This document shows, in pieces, positions 53,455 through 62,920 of a DNA stretch of 64,000 nucleotides. The position numbers and the translations under genes are program-made. The notes beneath the pieces were generated by a model. The model did not search any database. It saw only the letters and a list, made by a program, of their open reading frames with translations, and was not told where the DNA came from. The stretch comes from Pseudomonadota bacterium (GTDB lineage: Bacteria > Pseudomonadota > Alphaproteobacteria > Rhizobiales > Xanthobacteraceae): positions 17,453-81,452 of the forward strand of contig JAEWHT010000025.1 in NCBI GenBank assembly GCA_023387695.1, given 5' to 3'. Every line of letters begins with the position of its first letter. Position 1 is the stretch's first letter.

Positions 53455-55014
53455 ATGGCGAGCCGCACCGGCATCCTCGCGCGCCTGATCGGCGTGGCGC
53501 TGCTGGCTTGCATCGCTACCGCAGCGCAGGCCGAAAAACGCGTCGCGCTCGTGATCGGCAATTCGGCCTATCAGACCGTGGCAAAGCTGCCCAACCCGGC
53601 GGCCGACGCAAAGCTGATGTCGGATACGCTGCTTTCGCTCGGCTTCGTCGTGGTTGGCGGCGGCGCGCAGGTTGATCTCGACAAAGCTGGCTTCGACCGA
53701 GCGCTGCAGGCCTTCGACAAGGAACTGATCGGCGCCGACGTGGCGCTGTTCTACTTTGCCGGCCATGGCGTTGAAACGCACGGACTCAATTACATTGTGC
53801 CTGTCGACGCCCACCCAACGGATGAAGGCGACGTCTTTACGCAGGCAATTGGGCTGGCTGGCCTGCTCGAACAGATGGAAAAGTCCGGCGCCAGGATCAA
53901 CATGATGCTGCTCGATGCCTGCCGCAACAATCCGTTCGCCGGACACGGCATGCCCGCAACCGCCGACGGGCTCGCGCAAATGCAAGCGCCGCCGGGCACG
54001 CTGATTTCCTTTGCGACCCAGCCGCACAGTGTCGCGCTCGACGGCGAGGACGGCCATAGCCCCTATACGCATGCCCTCACCGAGACGATGAAGCGTCCCG
54101 GCTATGGCCTGTTCAGGACGTTCAATGAGATGGGGCTAAATGTCGAGAAGGCGACGCACGGCGAGCAACTGCCGTGGGTCGCGACGTCTCCGATTTCAAC
54201 AAGCTTCTATTTCGCCGGAAAGACCGTTCCGCCGAGCACCACACAGGCCACGACCTTACCACCGACCGAAGCGGCGCTCTCCGCACAAATCCTGCGCCGC
54301 GATCTCGTGACCGATTGCGATCGTCTCGCGACGATGCCGTACGACACGCTCGCTGCGCAGGGCGTGGCGCCGACTCCTTTCGAGAAGATCAAGGCGACCG
54401 AGGCGACCGCCGCCTGCAATGACGCCATGCAAACTTACCCAGAAGTGCCACGGTTCGCCTACGAGGCCGGTCGTGCCGCCTTGGCGCGCAAGGACACAAC
54501 GGGGGCGCTGCGGCTGTTCGAGAAGGCCGCCACATCCGGCTATCCGCCGGCCATGCATAATATCGGCGTGATCTACGCCACCGGCGCTGGCGTCAAGACG
54601 GACAAGGCCGAGGCCACACGCTGGTACAAGAAGGCATCGGACGCCGGCGATCCGCTCGGCATGCTGGAGCTCGGCTGGATCTACGCGTACAGCGACGGCG
54701 CCGCGAGGAATTGTCCGGAAGGGATCAGGCTCCAGGAGGCTGCAGTCAAGGCCGGCGTCGGCGCCGCGATGAACAATCTCGGCCTGCTCTACGTGCGGGG
54801 CCGCTGCGTCGAGCGCGATTACGCAGAGGCGCGCCGGTTGTTCGAGCAGGGAGCTGCGCTGAACGACGACGCCGCCCTGAACAGCCTCGGCTCGATGTAC
54901 AACGAGGCCCAGGGCGTGCCGCGCAACGCGCGGCTCGCGAGGGAACTGTTCGAGAGGTCTGCCGCGCAAGGCTATGCCCTCGCCCGGCAGAACCTGCGCG
55001 ACATGCGCCGCTAG
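53455..55014 (+). CDS. secreted caspase-family (peptidase C14) protein fused to Sel1/TPR repeats
   Basis: Signal peptide ..CIATAAQAE. The caspase His is in FYFAGHG (codon 53764-53766) and the Cys in LLDACRNNPF (codon 53920-53922). C-terminal Sel1 repeats are present (AMHNIGVIYATGAGVKTDKAEATRWYKKASDAGD etc.). Confidence 0.85.
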   Translation: MASRTGILARLIGVALLACIATAAQAEKRVALVIGNSAYQTVAKLPNPAADAKLMSDTLLSLGFVVVGGGAQVDLDKAGFDRALQAFDKELIGADVALFYFAGHGVETHGLNYIVPVDAHPTDEGDVFTQAIGLAGLLEQMEKSGARINMMLLDACRNNPFAGHGMPATADGLAQMQAPPGTLISFATQPHSVALDGEDGHSPYTHALTETMKRPGYGLFRTFNEMGLNVEKATHGEQLPWVATSPISTSFYFAGKTVPPSTTQATTLPPTEAALSAQILRRDLVTDCDRLATMPYDTLAAQGVAPTPFEKIKATEATAACNDAMQTYPEVPRFAYEAGRAALARKDTTGALRLFEKAATSGYPPAMHNIGVIYATGAGVKTDKAEATRWYKKASDAGDPLGMLELGWIYAYSDGAARNCPEGIRLQEAAVKAGVGAAMNNLGLLYVRGRCVERDYAEARRLFEQGAALNDDAALNSLGSMYNEAQGVPRNARLARELFERSAAQGYALARQNLRDMRR

Positions 55015-57272
55015 CCTTGCGCCAGCAGCTCCTCGATCCGGATCGGGAAGCGGCGCACCCGTACGCCGGTTGCGTGCCAGACGGCATTGGCAACCGCACC
55101 GGCGCTGCCGGTGATGCCGATCTCGCCGACCCCCTTGATGCCAAGCGCATTCACATGCGGATCGTGCTCCTCGACCGTGATCACGTCGAGCGGCGGCACG
55201 TCGGCATTCACGGGGATATGGTACTCGCCGAGATTGGCATTCATGATCCGCCCGCTGCGGCGGTCGGTGATGGCTTCCTCGTGCAACGCGAAGGATAGGC
55301 CCCAGATCATGCCGCCGAACAGCTGGCTCTTGACCAGATGCGGGTTGACGATGCGGCCGGCCGCGAAGGCGCCGACCATGCGGGTGACGCGGATCTGGCC
55401 GAGCTCGGGATCGACCTTCACTTCCGCGAACACCGCGCCATGGGCGTGCATGGCATACTCTTCCATCGCCGCCGGGTTCGGTGCGCCGGTGCCGCGGGCT
55501 TCGACCTCGGCCACGCCCGCGCGCGCGAGGATCTCATTATAGCTCTCGCCGCGGCTCTCGTCGTCGCGCCGGATCAATCGGCCATCGCGTGCAATCACGC
55601 CGGCATTGCCGGCACCGAACAGCGGCGAACGCTCATCATTGGTGGCGAGATCCGCAAGCTTGGCGATGACTGCCGCACCGGCGCTGTGGATCGCAGCACC
55701 GGCGGTTGCCGTGTGCGCCGAGCCGCCGGCGATACCGGCATCGGGCAGGTCGGACGAGCCGGCCTTGAACTCAACGCGGTCGATATCGAGCCCGAGTTCG
55801 TCCGCTGCGATCTGGGCGAGCGCGGTCCATGCACCCTGCCCCATGTCGTGCGCGCCGATCTCCATCGCACCGGACCCATCACGACGAAGCACCGCACGCG
55901 CCTCCGCCTGGAACATGAGCGCGGGGAACGTCGCGGTGCCCATCCCCCAGCCGACCAGAAGTCCGGCATCATCGCGCATCTGTCTCGGCTGCAGCGAGCG
56001 CTTCGCCCAGCCGAAACGCGCCGCGCCCTGATCGTAACAGGCACGTAGCGCTTTCGAGGAGAACGGTTTTCCCGTGATCGGCTCGACCTCGGCATAATTC
56101 TTCAGACGGAAGGCGAGCGGATCCATGCCGCACGCCCAGGCCATTTCGTCGATCGCGCTTTCCAGCGCGATCGATCCGGTCGCTTCGCCCGGCGCACGCA
56201 TGAACAGAGGTGTGCCGGTGTTGACGCGCACGGCGTCGTGCGAGGTGCGGATCGCCGGCGCCGCATAAAGCGTGTGCGAGGCATCGGCAGCCGGCTCGTA
56301 GAAATCGTCGAACGTGCTCGACACGGTGCGCGCGTGGTGATCGAGCGCGGTCAGGCGCCCCTCACCGTCGGCACCGATGCGCAAGCGTTGACGCGTCGGC
56401 GCACGATGGCCGACCGGGCCATACATCTGCTCACGACGCAGCACGAGCTTGACCGGCTTGCCGACGAGCTTTGCGGCCATGATGCCGAGGACCGGAGGGC
56501 CAGCCATCAGTCCCTTCGAGCCGAAGCCGCCGCCAAGGAAGGGGCTGCGGATGTGGATCTTGTCATGGGGAATGCCGAACAGCTCGGCAACGCGCGCCAG
56601 GGACAACATCAATCCCTGGGTCGGCATGTCGATCTGAAGATTGTCGCCGTTCCAGTGGGCGACGATCGCATGCGGCTCCATCGCATTGTGATATTGGGCC
56701 GGCGTCTCGTAGAGAGCGTCGATCTGCTTGTCGGCTGAAGCAAGCCCGGCCGCGACATCGCCATGGTGATGTTCGGACGGGTTGCCGACACCGACGACGG
56801 GCGGCACGTAGCTCTTGCCGGCATCAAGGCCGACGAGCGCTGGCAGCGTCTCGTAACGCGGCGCCAGCAACACCGCGCCCTCCGTCGCCGCTTCGAGCGT
56901 TTCGGCGATCACGACCGCGATCGGCTGGTTGGCGTAGCGGACCTCGTTACTCTGCAACACCTCCATCCGGAACACGAACGGATTGGTCTTGATCTCAGGA
57001 TCGATCGAAAGCTGCGGCTTGTGATCCGGCGTCATGACGTCGACGACGCCGGGATGACGCTTGGCGGCCGCAACATCGAGCGAGGTCACGCGACCATGCG
57101 CGATGCTGGACACGGCCATTACCGCAAACAGCATGCCAGGCGGATGATTGTCGGCGGCATAAGTTGCCTGACCCTTGACCTTGAGCACGCCGTCGCGGCG
57201 GGTCAGCGGCTGGCCGATGTTCGAGCCGTGACGGAGATGGGCGGGAGCGCTGGTGAGATTGAGCTCAGGCAT
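55011..57272 (-). CDS. xanthine dehydrogenase-family molybdopterin-binding large subunit (aldehyde oxidoreductase PaoC-like)
   Basis: Large-subunit pattern (GQPLTRRDGVLKVKGQATYAAD; GGGFGSK; GVGEIG). The ATG at 57272 has GGAG 6 nt upstream. Confidence 0.85.
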   Translation of the reverse strand: MPELNLTSAPAHLRHGSNIGQPLTRRDGVLKVKGQATYAADNHPPGMLFAVMAVSSIAHGRVTSLDVAAAKRHPGVVDVMTPDHKPQLSIDPEIKTNPFVFRMEVLQSNEVRYANQPIAVVIAETLEAATEGAVLLAPRYETLPALVGLDAGKSYVPPVVGVGNPSEHHHGDVAAGLASADKQIDALYETPAQYHNAMEPHAIVAHWNGDNLQIDMPTQGLMLSLARVAELFGIPHDKIHIRSPFLGGGFGSKGLMAGPPVLGIMAAKLVGKPVKLVLRREQMYGPVGHRAPTRQRLRIGADGEGRLTALDHHARTVSSTFDDFYEPAADASHTLYAAPAIRTSHDAVRVNTGTPLFMRAPGEATGSIALESAIDEMAWACGMDPLAFRLKNYAEVEPITGKPFSSKALRACYDQGAARFGWAKRSLQPRQMRDDAGLLVGWGMGTATFPALMFQAEARAVLRRDGSGAMEIGAHDMGQGAWTALAQIAADELGLDIDRVEFKAGSSDLPDAGIAGGSAHTATAGAAIHSAGAAVIAKLADLATNDERSPLFGAGNAGVIARDGRLIRRDDESRGESYNEILARAGVAEVEARGTGAPNPAAMEEYAMHAHGAVFAEVKVDPELGQIRVTRMVGAFAAGRIVNPHLVKSQLFGGMIWGLSFALHEEAITDRRSGRIMNANLGEYHIPVNADVPPLDVITVEEHDPHVNALGIKGVGEIGITGSAGAVANAVWHATGVRVRRFPIRIEELLAQG

Positions 57273-58317
57273 GGATGGCTCCGGACGAAGCAAAGGGGGA
57301 TGCCGGCAACGCCGGGATACGCGCGGGCGTACCGGCGGCGGCGAGGGTCAGCGCGCGCACGACGATGCGGCGCGCCAGCTCGATCTTGTAGGCATTGTCG
57401 CCGGACGGCTTTGCGTCGGCGAGCGCACGCCAGGCGGCTTCCTGGAAGGCGTCTGCCGTGGGTGCGACGCCCTTGAGCACATCCTCAGCGGCACGAGCGC
57501 GCCAAGGCTTCGCGGCGACGCCGCCAAGCGCAAGCCGCGCCTCTGCAATCTTGCCATTCTCGATCCGCAACGCGGCTGCAGCCGAGACGATGGCGAAAGC
57601 ATAGGACGTCCGCTCGCGGACCTTGAGATAGCGTGCATGCGCTCCAAAGCCACGCGCAGCGGACGGAAGGCGAATCGCGACGATGAGGTCGCCGGGTTCA
57701 AGTGCGGATTCACGCTCCGGTGTAATGCCGGGCAGACGATGCAATTCGTCGAGCGCGATCTCGCGACGGCCCTTCTTGCCCTCGATCTCGACGATGGCGT
57801 CGAGCGCAACGAGCGGTACGCAGAAGTCGGAGGGGTGCGTCGCGATGCAGCTCTCGCTCCAGCCGAGCACGGCATGCAAGCGGTTCTCACCCTCGCGTGC
57901 GTCGCAGCCAGAGCCAGCCTCGCGCTTGTTGCAGCGGCTGGCAGTGTCGTAGAAATATGCGCAACGGGTCCGCTGCAGCAGATTGCCGCCCACTGTCGCG
58001 GCGTTGCGCAATTGCGCGGATGCACCAGAGAGCAGCGCTTCGGCGACGGCCGGATACGCTCTCTCGAAGGCGGCGTCGTGCGCGAGATCGGCATTGCTGA
58101 CGAGCGCGCCGATGCGAACGCCGCCATCAGCGAGGTGCTCGATGCGATCGAGCCCGTCGAGATGCGTGACGTCTACCAGCCGATCCGGACGGCTGACGTT
58201 ACCCTTCATCAGGTCGAGCAGATTGGTGCCGGCGGCAAGATAAGTCGCCCCCGGCTGGGTAGCGGCCGCGACGGCTTCGGCAACCGTGGCGGGCCTGACA
58301 TATTCAAACTGTTTCAT
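57265..58317 (-). CDS. xanthine dehydrogenase-family FAD-binding medium subunit
   Basis: MKQFEYVRPATVAEAV...YLAGGTNLLDLMK and ATVGGNL motifs. The ATG at 58317 overlaps the stop of the small-subunit gene. Confidence 0.85.
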   Translation of the reverse strand: MKQFEYVRPATVAEAVAAATQPGATYLAAGTNLLDLMKGNVSRPDRLVDVTHLDGLDRIEHLADGGVRIGALVSNADLAHDAAFERAYPAVAEALLSGASAQLRNAATVGGNLLQRTRCAYFYDTASRCNKREAGSGCDAREGENRLHAVLGWSESCIATHPSDFCVPLVALDAIVEIEGKKGRREIALDELHRLPGITPERESALEPGDLIVAIRLPSAARGFGAHARYLKVRERTSYAFAIVSAAAALRIENGKIAEARLALGGVAAKPWRARAAEDVLKGVAPTADAFQEAAWRALADAKPSGDNAYKIELARRIVVRALTLAAAGTPARIPALPASPFASSGAIHA

Positions 58318-58811
58318 GCTGAGCGCCTCTGGTAGGTTTCGTCGGCACCGGCTTGAGCCTCGAGCACGGCATCGACGATGCCGGCATAGGCGCCGCAACG
58401 GCAGAGGTTGCCGCTCATGCATTCGCGGATACGCTCGGGATCATTGCCGGCCTGGGCTTCCTGCATCATGCCGATCGCGCTCATGATCTGGCCGGGCGTG
58501 CAGAAGCCGCACTGGAAGCCGTCATGGGCGATGAAGGCGGCCTGGACGGGATGAAGCTGGTCGCCGCGTGCGACACCTTCGATGGTGAGGATGTCTACGC
58601 CATCATGGCTGATGGCGAGCGCGAGACAGGAATTGATGCGCTTGCCGTCGACGAGAATGGTGCAGGCGCCGCACTGGCCGCGGTCGCATCCCTTCTTGGT
58701 TCCGGTGAGATGGAGGCGCTCACGCAGGAGATCGAGCAGCGTGACGCGGGGATCGTCGAGGACGAACTCGCGCCGTGCACCGTTCACGGTGAGGCTGATG
58801 GAGTGGTTCAT
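58314..58811 (-). CDS. (2Fe-2S)-binding small subunit of the molybdo-oxidoreductase
   Basis: GCDRGQCGACTILVDG and CGFCTPG cluster motifs. No Tat signal is present. Confidence 0.9.
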   Translation of the reverse strand: MNHSISLTVNGARREFVLDDPRVTLLDLLRERLHLTGTKKGCDRGQCGACTILVDGKRINSCLALAISHDGVDILTIEGVARGDQLHPVQAAFIAHDGFQCGFCTPGQIMSAIGMMQEAQAGNDPERIRECMSGNLCRCGAYAGIVDAVLEAQAGADETYQRRSA

Positions 58812-59060
58812 ACAAGGCTCCGATCAGATAGGGACATGGCTCATCGCCCGGCGCGCCACCGCCGTGGCCGCCGTCGATATCGCGCCGGCCAGACATGATC
58901 CGGCCGACACCAACGAAGATACGGAGGCACCCTCCGCTTAACAAGGGCCGCCGAGAAATATTTGGAATTTGTCAAAAGCCCGTGCACTGACAACGCGATG
59001 CAGCCCTGCAAAGGTTCAGCGAGGGTTCAATCTAACCAATTCGTGATCTACATTGTCGGC

Positions 59061-59699
59061 ATGGACGACCACACCGACCAGACCCGCAAGCCCCGCGCCG
59101 ATGCCGTGCGCAATCGCGAGCGCGTGCTCGAAGCGGCCAAGCTCGTGTTCAACGCGGGCGGCCCGGAGGCGAGCCTGGAGGCCGTGGCGAAACGCGCCGG
59201 CGTCGGCATCGGCACGCTCTATCGGCATTTCCCGACGCGCGAGGACCTGTTCGAGGCGGTCTACCGGCGCGAGGTCGAACAGCTCAGCGAGCTTGCCGAG
59301 CAGTTGAAGAATGCCAATGACCCGGTTGACGCACTCAGGCGCTGGCTGCGCTCCAATGTCGAATTCGTGGCCACGAAGAAGGGCATGTCAGCCGCTTTGG
59401 CGCTGACGTTCCAAAGTACGTCGGACCTGGCCGCCTTCTCGATGGACCGGCTGACCAAGGCGATCGGCTCACTGCTCGACCGCGCTGTCGCGGCCGGCGA
59501 GATGCGCGGCGATGTCAGCCCGGAGGATCTGCTCAGGACCCTCGTCGGCATGTGCTACATCAACGACCAGCCCGGCTGGCAATCCTCGGTCCTACGGATG
59601 CTCGACGTGTTCGTCGACGGGCTTCGCGTGCAATCCGTCGCAAAGGGGAAGTCGCGCGCCACCAGGCCGGCGAAGACCGCCGTGAAACGGAAGCGATAG
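59061..59699 (+). CDS. TetR/AcrR family transcriptional regulator
   Basis: The segment NRERVLEAAKLVFNAGGPEASLEAVAKRAGVGIGTLYRHFPTRE is a TetR-type HTH. Confidence 0.85.
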   Translation: MDDHTDQTRKPRADAVRNRERVLEAAKLVFNAGGPEASLEAVAKRAGVGIGTLYRHFPTREDLFEAVYRREVEQLSELAEQLKNANDPVDALRRWLRSNVEFVATKKGMSAALALTFQSTSDLAAFSMDRLTKAIGSLLDRAVAAGEMRGDVSPEDLLRTLVGMCYINDQPGWQSSVLRMLDVFVDGLRVQSVAKGKSRATRPAKTAVKRKR

Positions 59700-59765
59700 C
59701 ACGCCCGTATTTCCCAGAGGTCGTGCTAGGATCGGCACTGCCGGGATTTCAACGCGGAGCCTGTC

Positions 59766-60173
59766 ATGCGCATTGCCGCTTTGCTCGTCGCTTTTATGAT
59801 CACCCTTTTTGCCGCTCCGGCACGCGCCGACGACGTCGCGGCGGCGCAAAGCGTGATTCGCGCCCAGGAGCAGGCCTTCATCCATGACGACGCCGCGGCC
59901 GCCTACTCCTATGCCGCGCCGGCGATCAAGCAGATCTTCAGCGCACCCGATATCTTCATGTCGATGGTGCAAAGCGGCTACGCGCCGGTCTACCGACACA
60001 AGAGTTTTGAGTTCGGCGACAGCAAGACCGAAGGCAGCTCGGTGGCCCAGCGCGTTCACATCATCGATGCCAATGGCGAAGCCTGGGAAGCGCTCTACAC
60101 GCTCGAGCAGCAGGCGGACGGCAGCTACAAGATCACGGGCTGCTCGCTGCTGAAGGCAGGGCAGGCAGTTTAG
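59766..60173 (+). CDS. DUF4864-like secreted small protein
   Basis: Signal peptide plus the AQSVIRAQEQAFIHDDAAAAY... SnoaL-like pattern. Confidence 0.6.
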   Translation: MRIAALLVAFMITLFAAPARADDVAAAQSVIRAQEQAFIHDDAAAAYSYAAPAIKQIFSAPDIFMSMVQSGYAPVYRHKSFEFGDSKTEGSSVAQRVHIIDANGEAWEALYTLEQQADGSYKITGCSLLKAGQAV

Positions 60174-60658
60174 GCCGCCTTGAGCAACAACGAGACCACC
60201 GTCGCAATGGCGCCCAAGGTGATCGCCGTGTCGGCGACGTTGAAAATGGCGAATGACCAGGCCTGGTAGGAGACGTGGACGAAGTCGATCACCTCACCGA
60301 TCCGGGCCCTGTCCAGCACATTTCCGAGCGCGCCGGCAATGATCAGGGCAAGTCCAGTGGCGAGGATCGGTTGCCGCGCCGGCACGCGGCGAAGCCACCA
60401 GCCCAACACTGCACAGGCCAGAAGCGATAGCCCAACCAGCGGCCAACGTTGCGCGTCATCCGCGAAACGCAGGAAGCTGAACGAGACGCCCTTGTTGTAG
60501 GACAGCAGGAGGTCGATCGATGGCAACGCCGTAGACGCCAGAATGATCATCGGGCGACCGGGCTCAAGCAAGCCAACGACGAGCTGCTTCGTGCCCTGAT
60601 CCAGCAAGAGGACAACGAGGATCAGCCAAACCCAGCGGAGTGAAGGCGCTCGCGGCAT
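60170..60658 (-). CDS. lspA: lipoprotein signal peptidase (signal peptidase II)
   Basis: LDQGTKQ, YNKGVSFSFL, GALGNVLDR..VIDFV and FNVADTAITLGA motifs. The ATG at 60658 is used. Confidence 0.8.
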   Translation of the reverse strand: MPRAPSLRWVWLILVVLLLDQGTKQLVVGLLEPGRPMIILASTALPSIDLLLSYNKGVSFSFLRFADDAQRWPLVGLSLLACAVLGWWLRRVPARQPILATGLALIIAGALGNVLDRARIGEVIDFVHVSYQAWSFAIFNVADTAITLGAIATVVSLLLKAA

Positions 60659-60699
60659 CGTCAGAATGTTCCGGCTCGCGTCGATTGGCCGCCCGCCCC

Positions 60700-61965
60700 T
60701 TACGTCGCGAAGCCGGCTCCTGCCCTGGTCGCGTTCATGCGCGAGCGGATCAGCAGCGTCAAGACGATGCCGACATTGAGGGCGTTCCACGCCACACCGT
60801 TTGCGAAGGCGGCCGCGTAGGAGCCAGTGGCGTCGAAGATGATGCCGGAGACCCAGCCGCCGAAGGACATGCCGAACACGGAGGCGAAGATCACGATGCC
60901 GACGCGGGTTGCGGCTTCACTGGCCGGCATGGCCTCGCGGACGATGATGGCGTAGCTCGGCACGATTCCGCCCTGGAACAGGCCGAACATCGCAGAGATC
61001 AGATAGAGCGAGGCAAGACTGTCGAAGAACAGGTAGAATACCAGCGCAAAGCCCTGCGCCAACGCGCCGATCAGCAGCGTGGGGATGCCGCCGATCTTGT
61101 CGGCGAGATAGCCTGAGCCGATCCGGCTGACAATGCCGCAGGCCATCATCAGCGACAGCATCTCGGCGCCGCGCGCGACGCCGTATCCGAGGTCGCCGCA
61201 ATAGGCGACGATATGCACCTGCGGCATCGCCATGGCGACGCAGCAGGAAATGCTGGCGATCGAGAGCAACACCGTCAAAGTGTTGGTCGAGAGCCGGAGA
61301 TTGACGCGCGGCGGCGGCGCATTGGCGTGATTGCGGACCTTGTCGTCGCCCATCTGCGCGCGCAGGAGCAGCAGCAGGCCCGACATCAACACCACGCAGA
61401 CGAGCGCGATGCCGACATGGGTGTAGCGCCAGCCGATTGTCTCGATACCCGCGTTGACGATCGGCGGCCATATCGTGCCAGCGACATAATTGCCGCTCGC
61501 GACGATGGTCACGGCGAGGCCACGATAGCGCTCGAACCAGTGGGAGGCTTCCGCCATCAGCGGTGCGAACGTCGCTGATGTGCCGAGACCAATCAGGAAA
61601 TAGGCCGCTACGAACTGCCAGAGCTGGGTCGAGAGCCCGGCGAGCGTGTTGGCGACGCCGAGAAAGGCGATGCTGATCGCCATCGCTAGCACGATGCCGA
61701 ACTTGTCGGTGATCTTGCCGGCAATCACGCCGCCGAGCCCGAAGCCGAACATCATCAGTGTGAAGGCCAGCGACACCGCGCCGCGCGTCGCGGCGAATTC
61801 GGCCTGCACGACGGGAAGCACCACGACGACCGCCCACATACCGACGCCGCCGATCGAGCCCATCACCAGTGCGAGCAAAAGCCGCACCCACGCCTGACGG
61901 GAGTCAGGGGCGAATGAGGCCGATGTCTGTCCGGGGTGATTTGGCGCGTGCACGGCGCGGACCAT
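60700..61965 (-). CDS. MFS transporter (oxalate/formate-antiporter-like subfamily)
   Basis: Twelve hydrophobic segments. The ATG at 61965 (MVRAVHAPNH..) is used. Confidence 0.8.
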   Translation of the reverse strand: MVRAVHAPNHPGQTSASFAPDSRQAWVRLLLALVMGSIGGVGMWAVVVVLPVVQAEFAATRGAVSLAFTLMMFGFGLGGVIAGKITDKFGIVLAMAISIAFLGVANTLAGLSTQLWQFVAAYFLIGLGTSATFAPLMAEASHWFERYRGLAVTIVASGNYVAGTIWPPIVNAGIETIGWRYTHVGIALVCVVLMSGLLLLLRAQMGDDKVRNHANAPPPRVNLRLSTNTLTVLLSIASISCCVAMAMPQVHIVAYCGDLGYGVARGAEMLSLMMACGIVSRIGSGYLADKIGGIPTLLIGALAQGFALVFYLFFDSLASLYLISAMFGLFQGGIVPSYAIIVREAMPASEAATRVGIVIFASVFGMSFGGWVSGIIFDATGSYAAAFANGVAWNALNVGIVLTLLIRSRMNATRAGAGFAT

Positions 61966-62137
61966 GTTCGCGGATCGCCGCGCGGTCAACCATTGTTGCC
62001 GCGATAATGGGCATGCGCGGTGCACTGCGGTAAGAATTGCTTGGCGAAATCGCACTTTGCCATTAGTTTGCAATCTGCGTGTGCAACAATGCCGCGCGGA
62101 GCGTGCTGTCGGGATGTTGTTGCGGATAACGCGATCG

Positions 62138-62545
62138 ATGCGGATCAGGGTGGGGCGTTTCATTGCGCTGGCCTACCTGTTCTGCGTGCTCGCGCCGGCA
62201 GCGGCACTTGCCTGGGGAAACGGCCCGGCGCCGTGTCTCGATGATGTGCTGCTGGCTGATGTGCCTGTTCATCATCAGATGTCGGCGGGTCACATGCATG
62301 ACGGCGCGATGCATGACCACATGCACATGCATCACCAGTCCGCGCAGGACACCCCTGCCCCCCCTCATCATGACGGCAAGGGCAACGCCGGCCCGTGCTG
62401 CGCCATGATGTGCGTCAGTGCGCTGCCGGCCGATCTGCCAAGCTTCGCAAAGCCGCTTCAGCCGGTTTCCAGCTGCACGCCTGAAACTGTGGTGAGCCTG
62501 CACAGCGCGGCGCCGCCCCGGCACTACCGCCCTCCCATCGCCTGA
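62138..62545 (+). CDS. His/Met/Cys-rich exported protein, probable metal-binding
   Basis: Signal/TM segment MRIRVGRFIALAYLFCVLAPAAALA, then HHQMSAGHMHDGAMHDHMHMHHQ and GPCCAMMCV. The start is uncertain (an ATG at 62114 is also in frame). Confidence 0.55.
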   Translation: MRIRVGRFIALAYLFCVLAPAAALAWGNGPAPCLDDVLLADVPVHHQMSAGHMHDGAMHDHMHMHHQSAQDTPAPPHHDGKGNAGPCCAMMCVSALPADLPSFAKPLQPVSSCTPETVVSLHSAAPPRHYRPPIA

Positions 62546-62626
62546 TCTGACACGCGACGATGTCAGGCCGAACGCGCATTCCTGCGCGCGCGAGCCTGTG
62601 ATCTCCGGACAGATCAGGGATTTCTC

Positions 62627-62911
62627 ATGCTTACACTTCTCGGGGCGAAGTCCGCCGCCGCATCTACGGCGCGTGGAGGACAGTTTCGATTCTGCTTGCC
62701 GCTGCTGGCCGCGATAGCGCTCGCGCTCTCCGGCTGCATGCCGGCAACGACTCACATCGCTACCGCAGATCCAGCCGATCCCGCCGCAAAGGCAGCGAGC
62801 GTCGGCTATCGCTCGACGGTCGCGCCCTATACGAGCCTGCGGCCCGCAGCGTTGGCGCCCTGGCGCGAGGGCAGCGAGGCCGTTCCGCCACAGCCAAAGC
62901 CAGACCGGTAG
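62627..62911 (+). CDS. small lipoprotein
   Basis: Lipobox LALSGC and SD AGGGA. It lies immediately upstream of the TolC-family gene. Confidence 0.5.
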   Translation: MLTLLGAKSAAASTARGGQFRFCLPLLAAIALALSGCMPATTHIATADPADPAAKAASVGYRSTVAPYTSLRPAALAPWREGSEAVPPQPKPDR

Positions 62912-62920
62912 GAGCGCGCC

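Noticed and set aside
58812-59060. Arg-rich 21-codon ORF and possible TetR operator in the 249-bp divergent region
   Set aside because: No convincing palindrome was found by eye. The mini-ORF (MAHRPARHRRGRRRYRAGQT) looks like a GC artefact.
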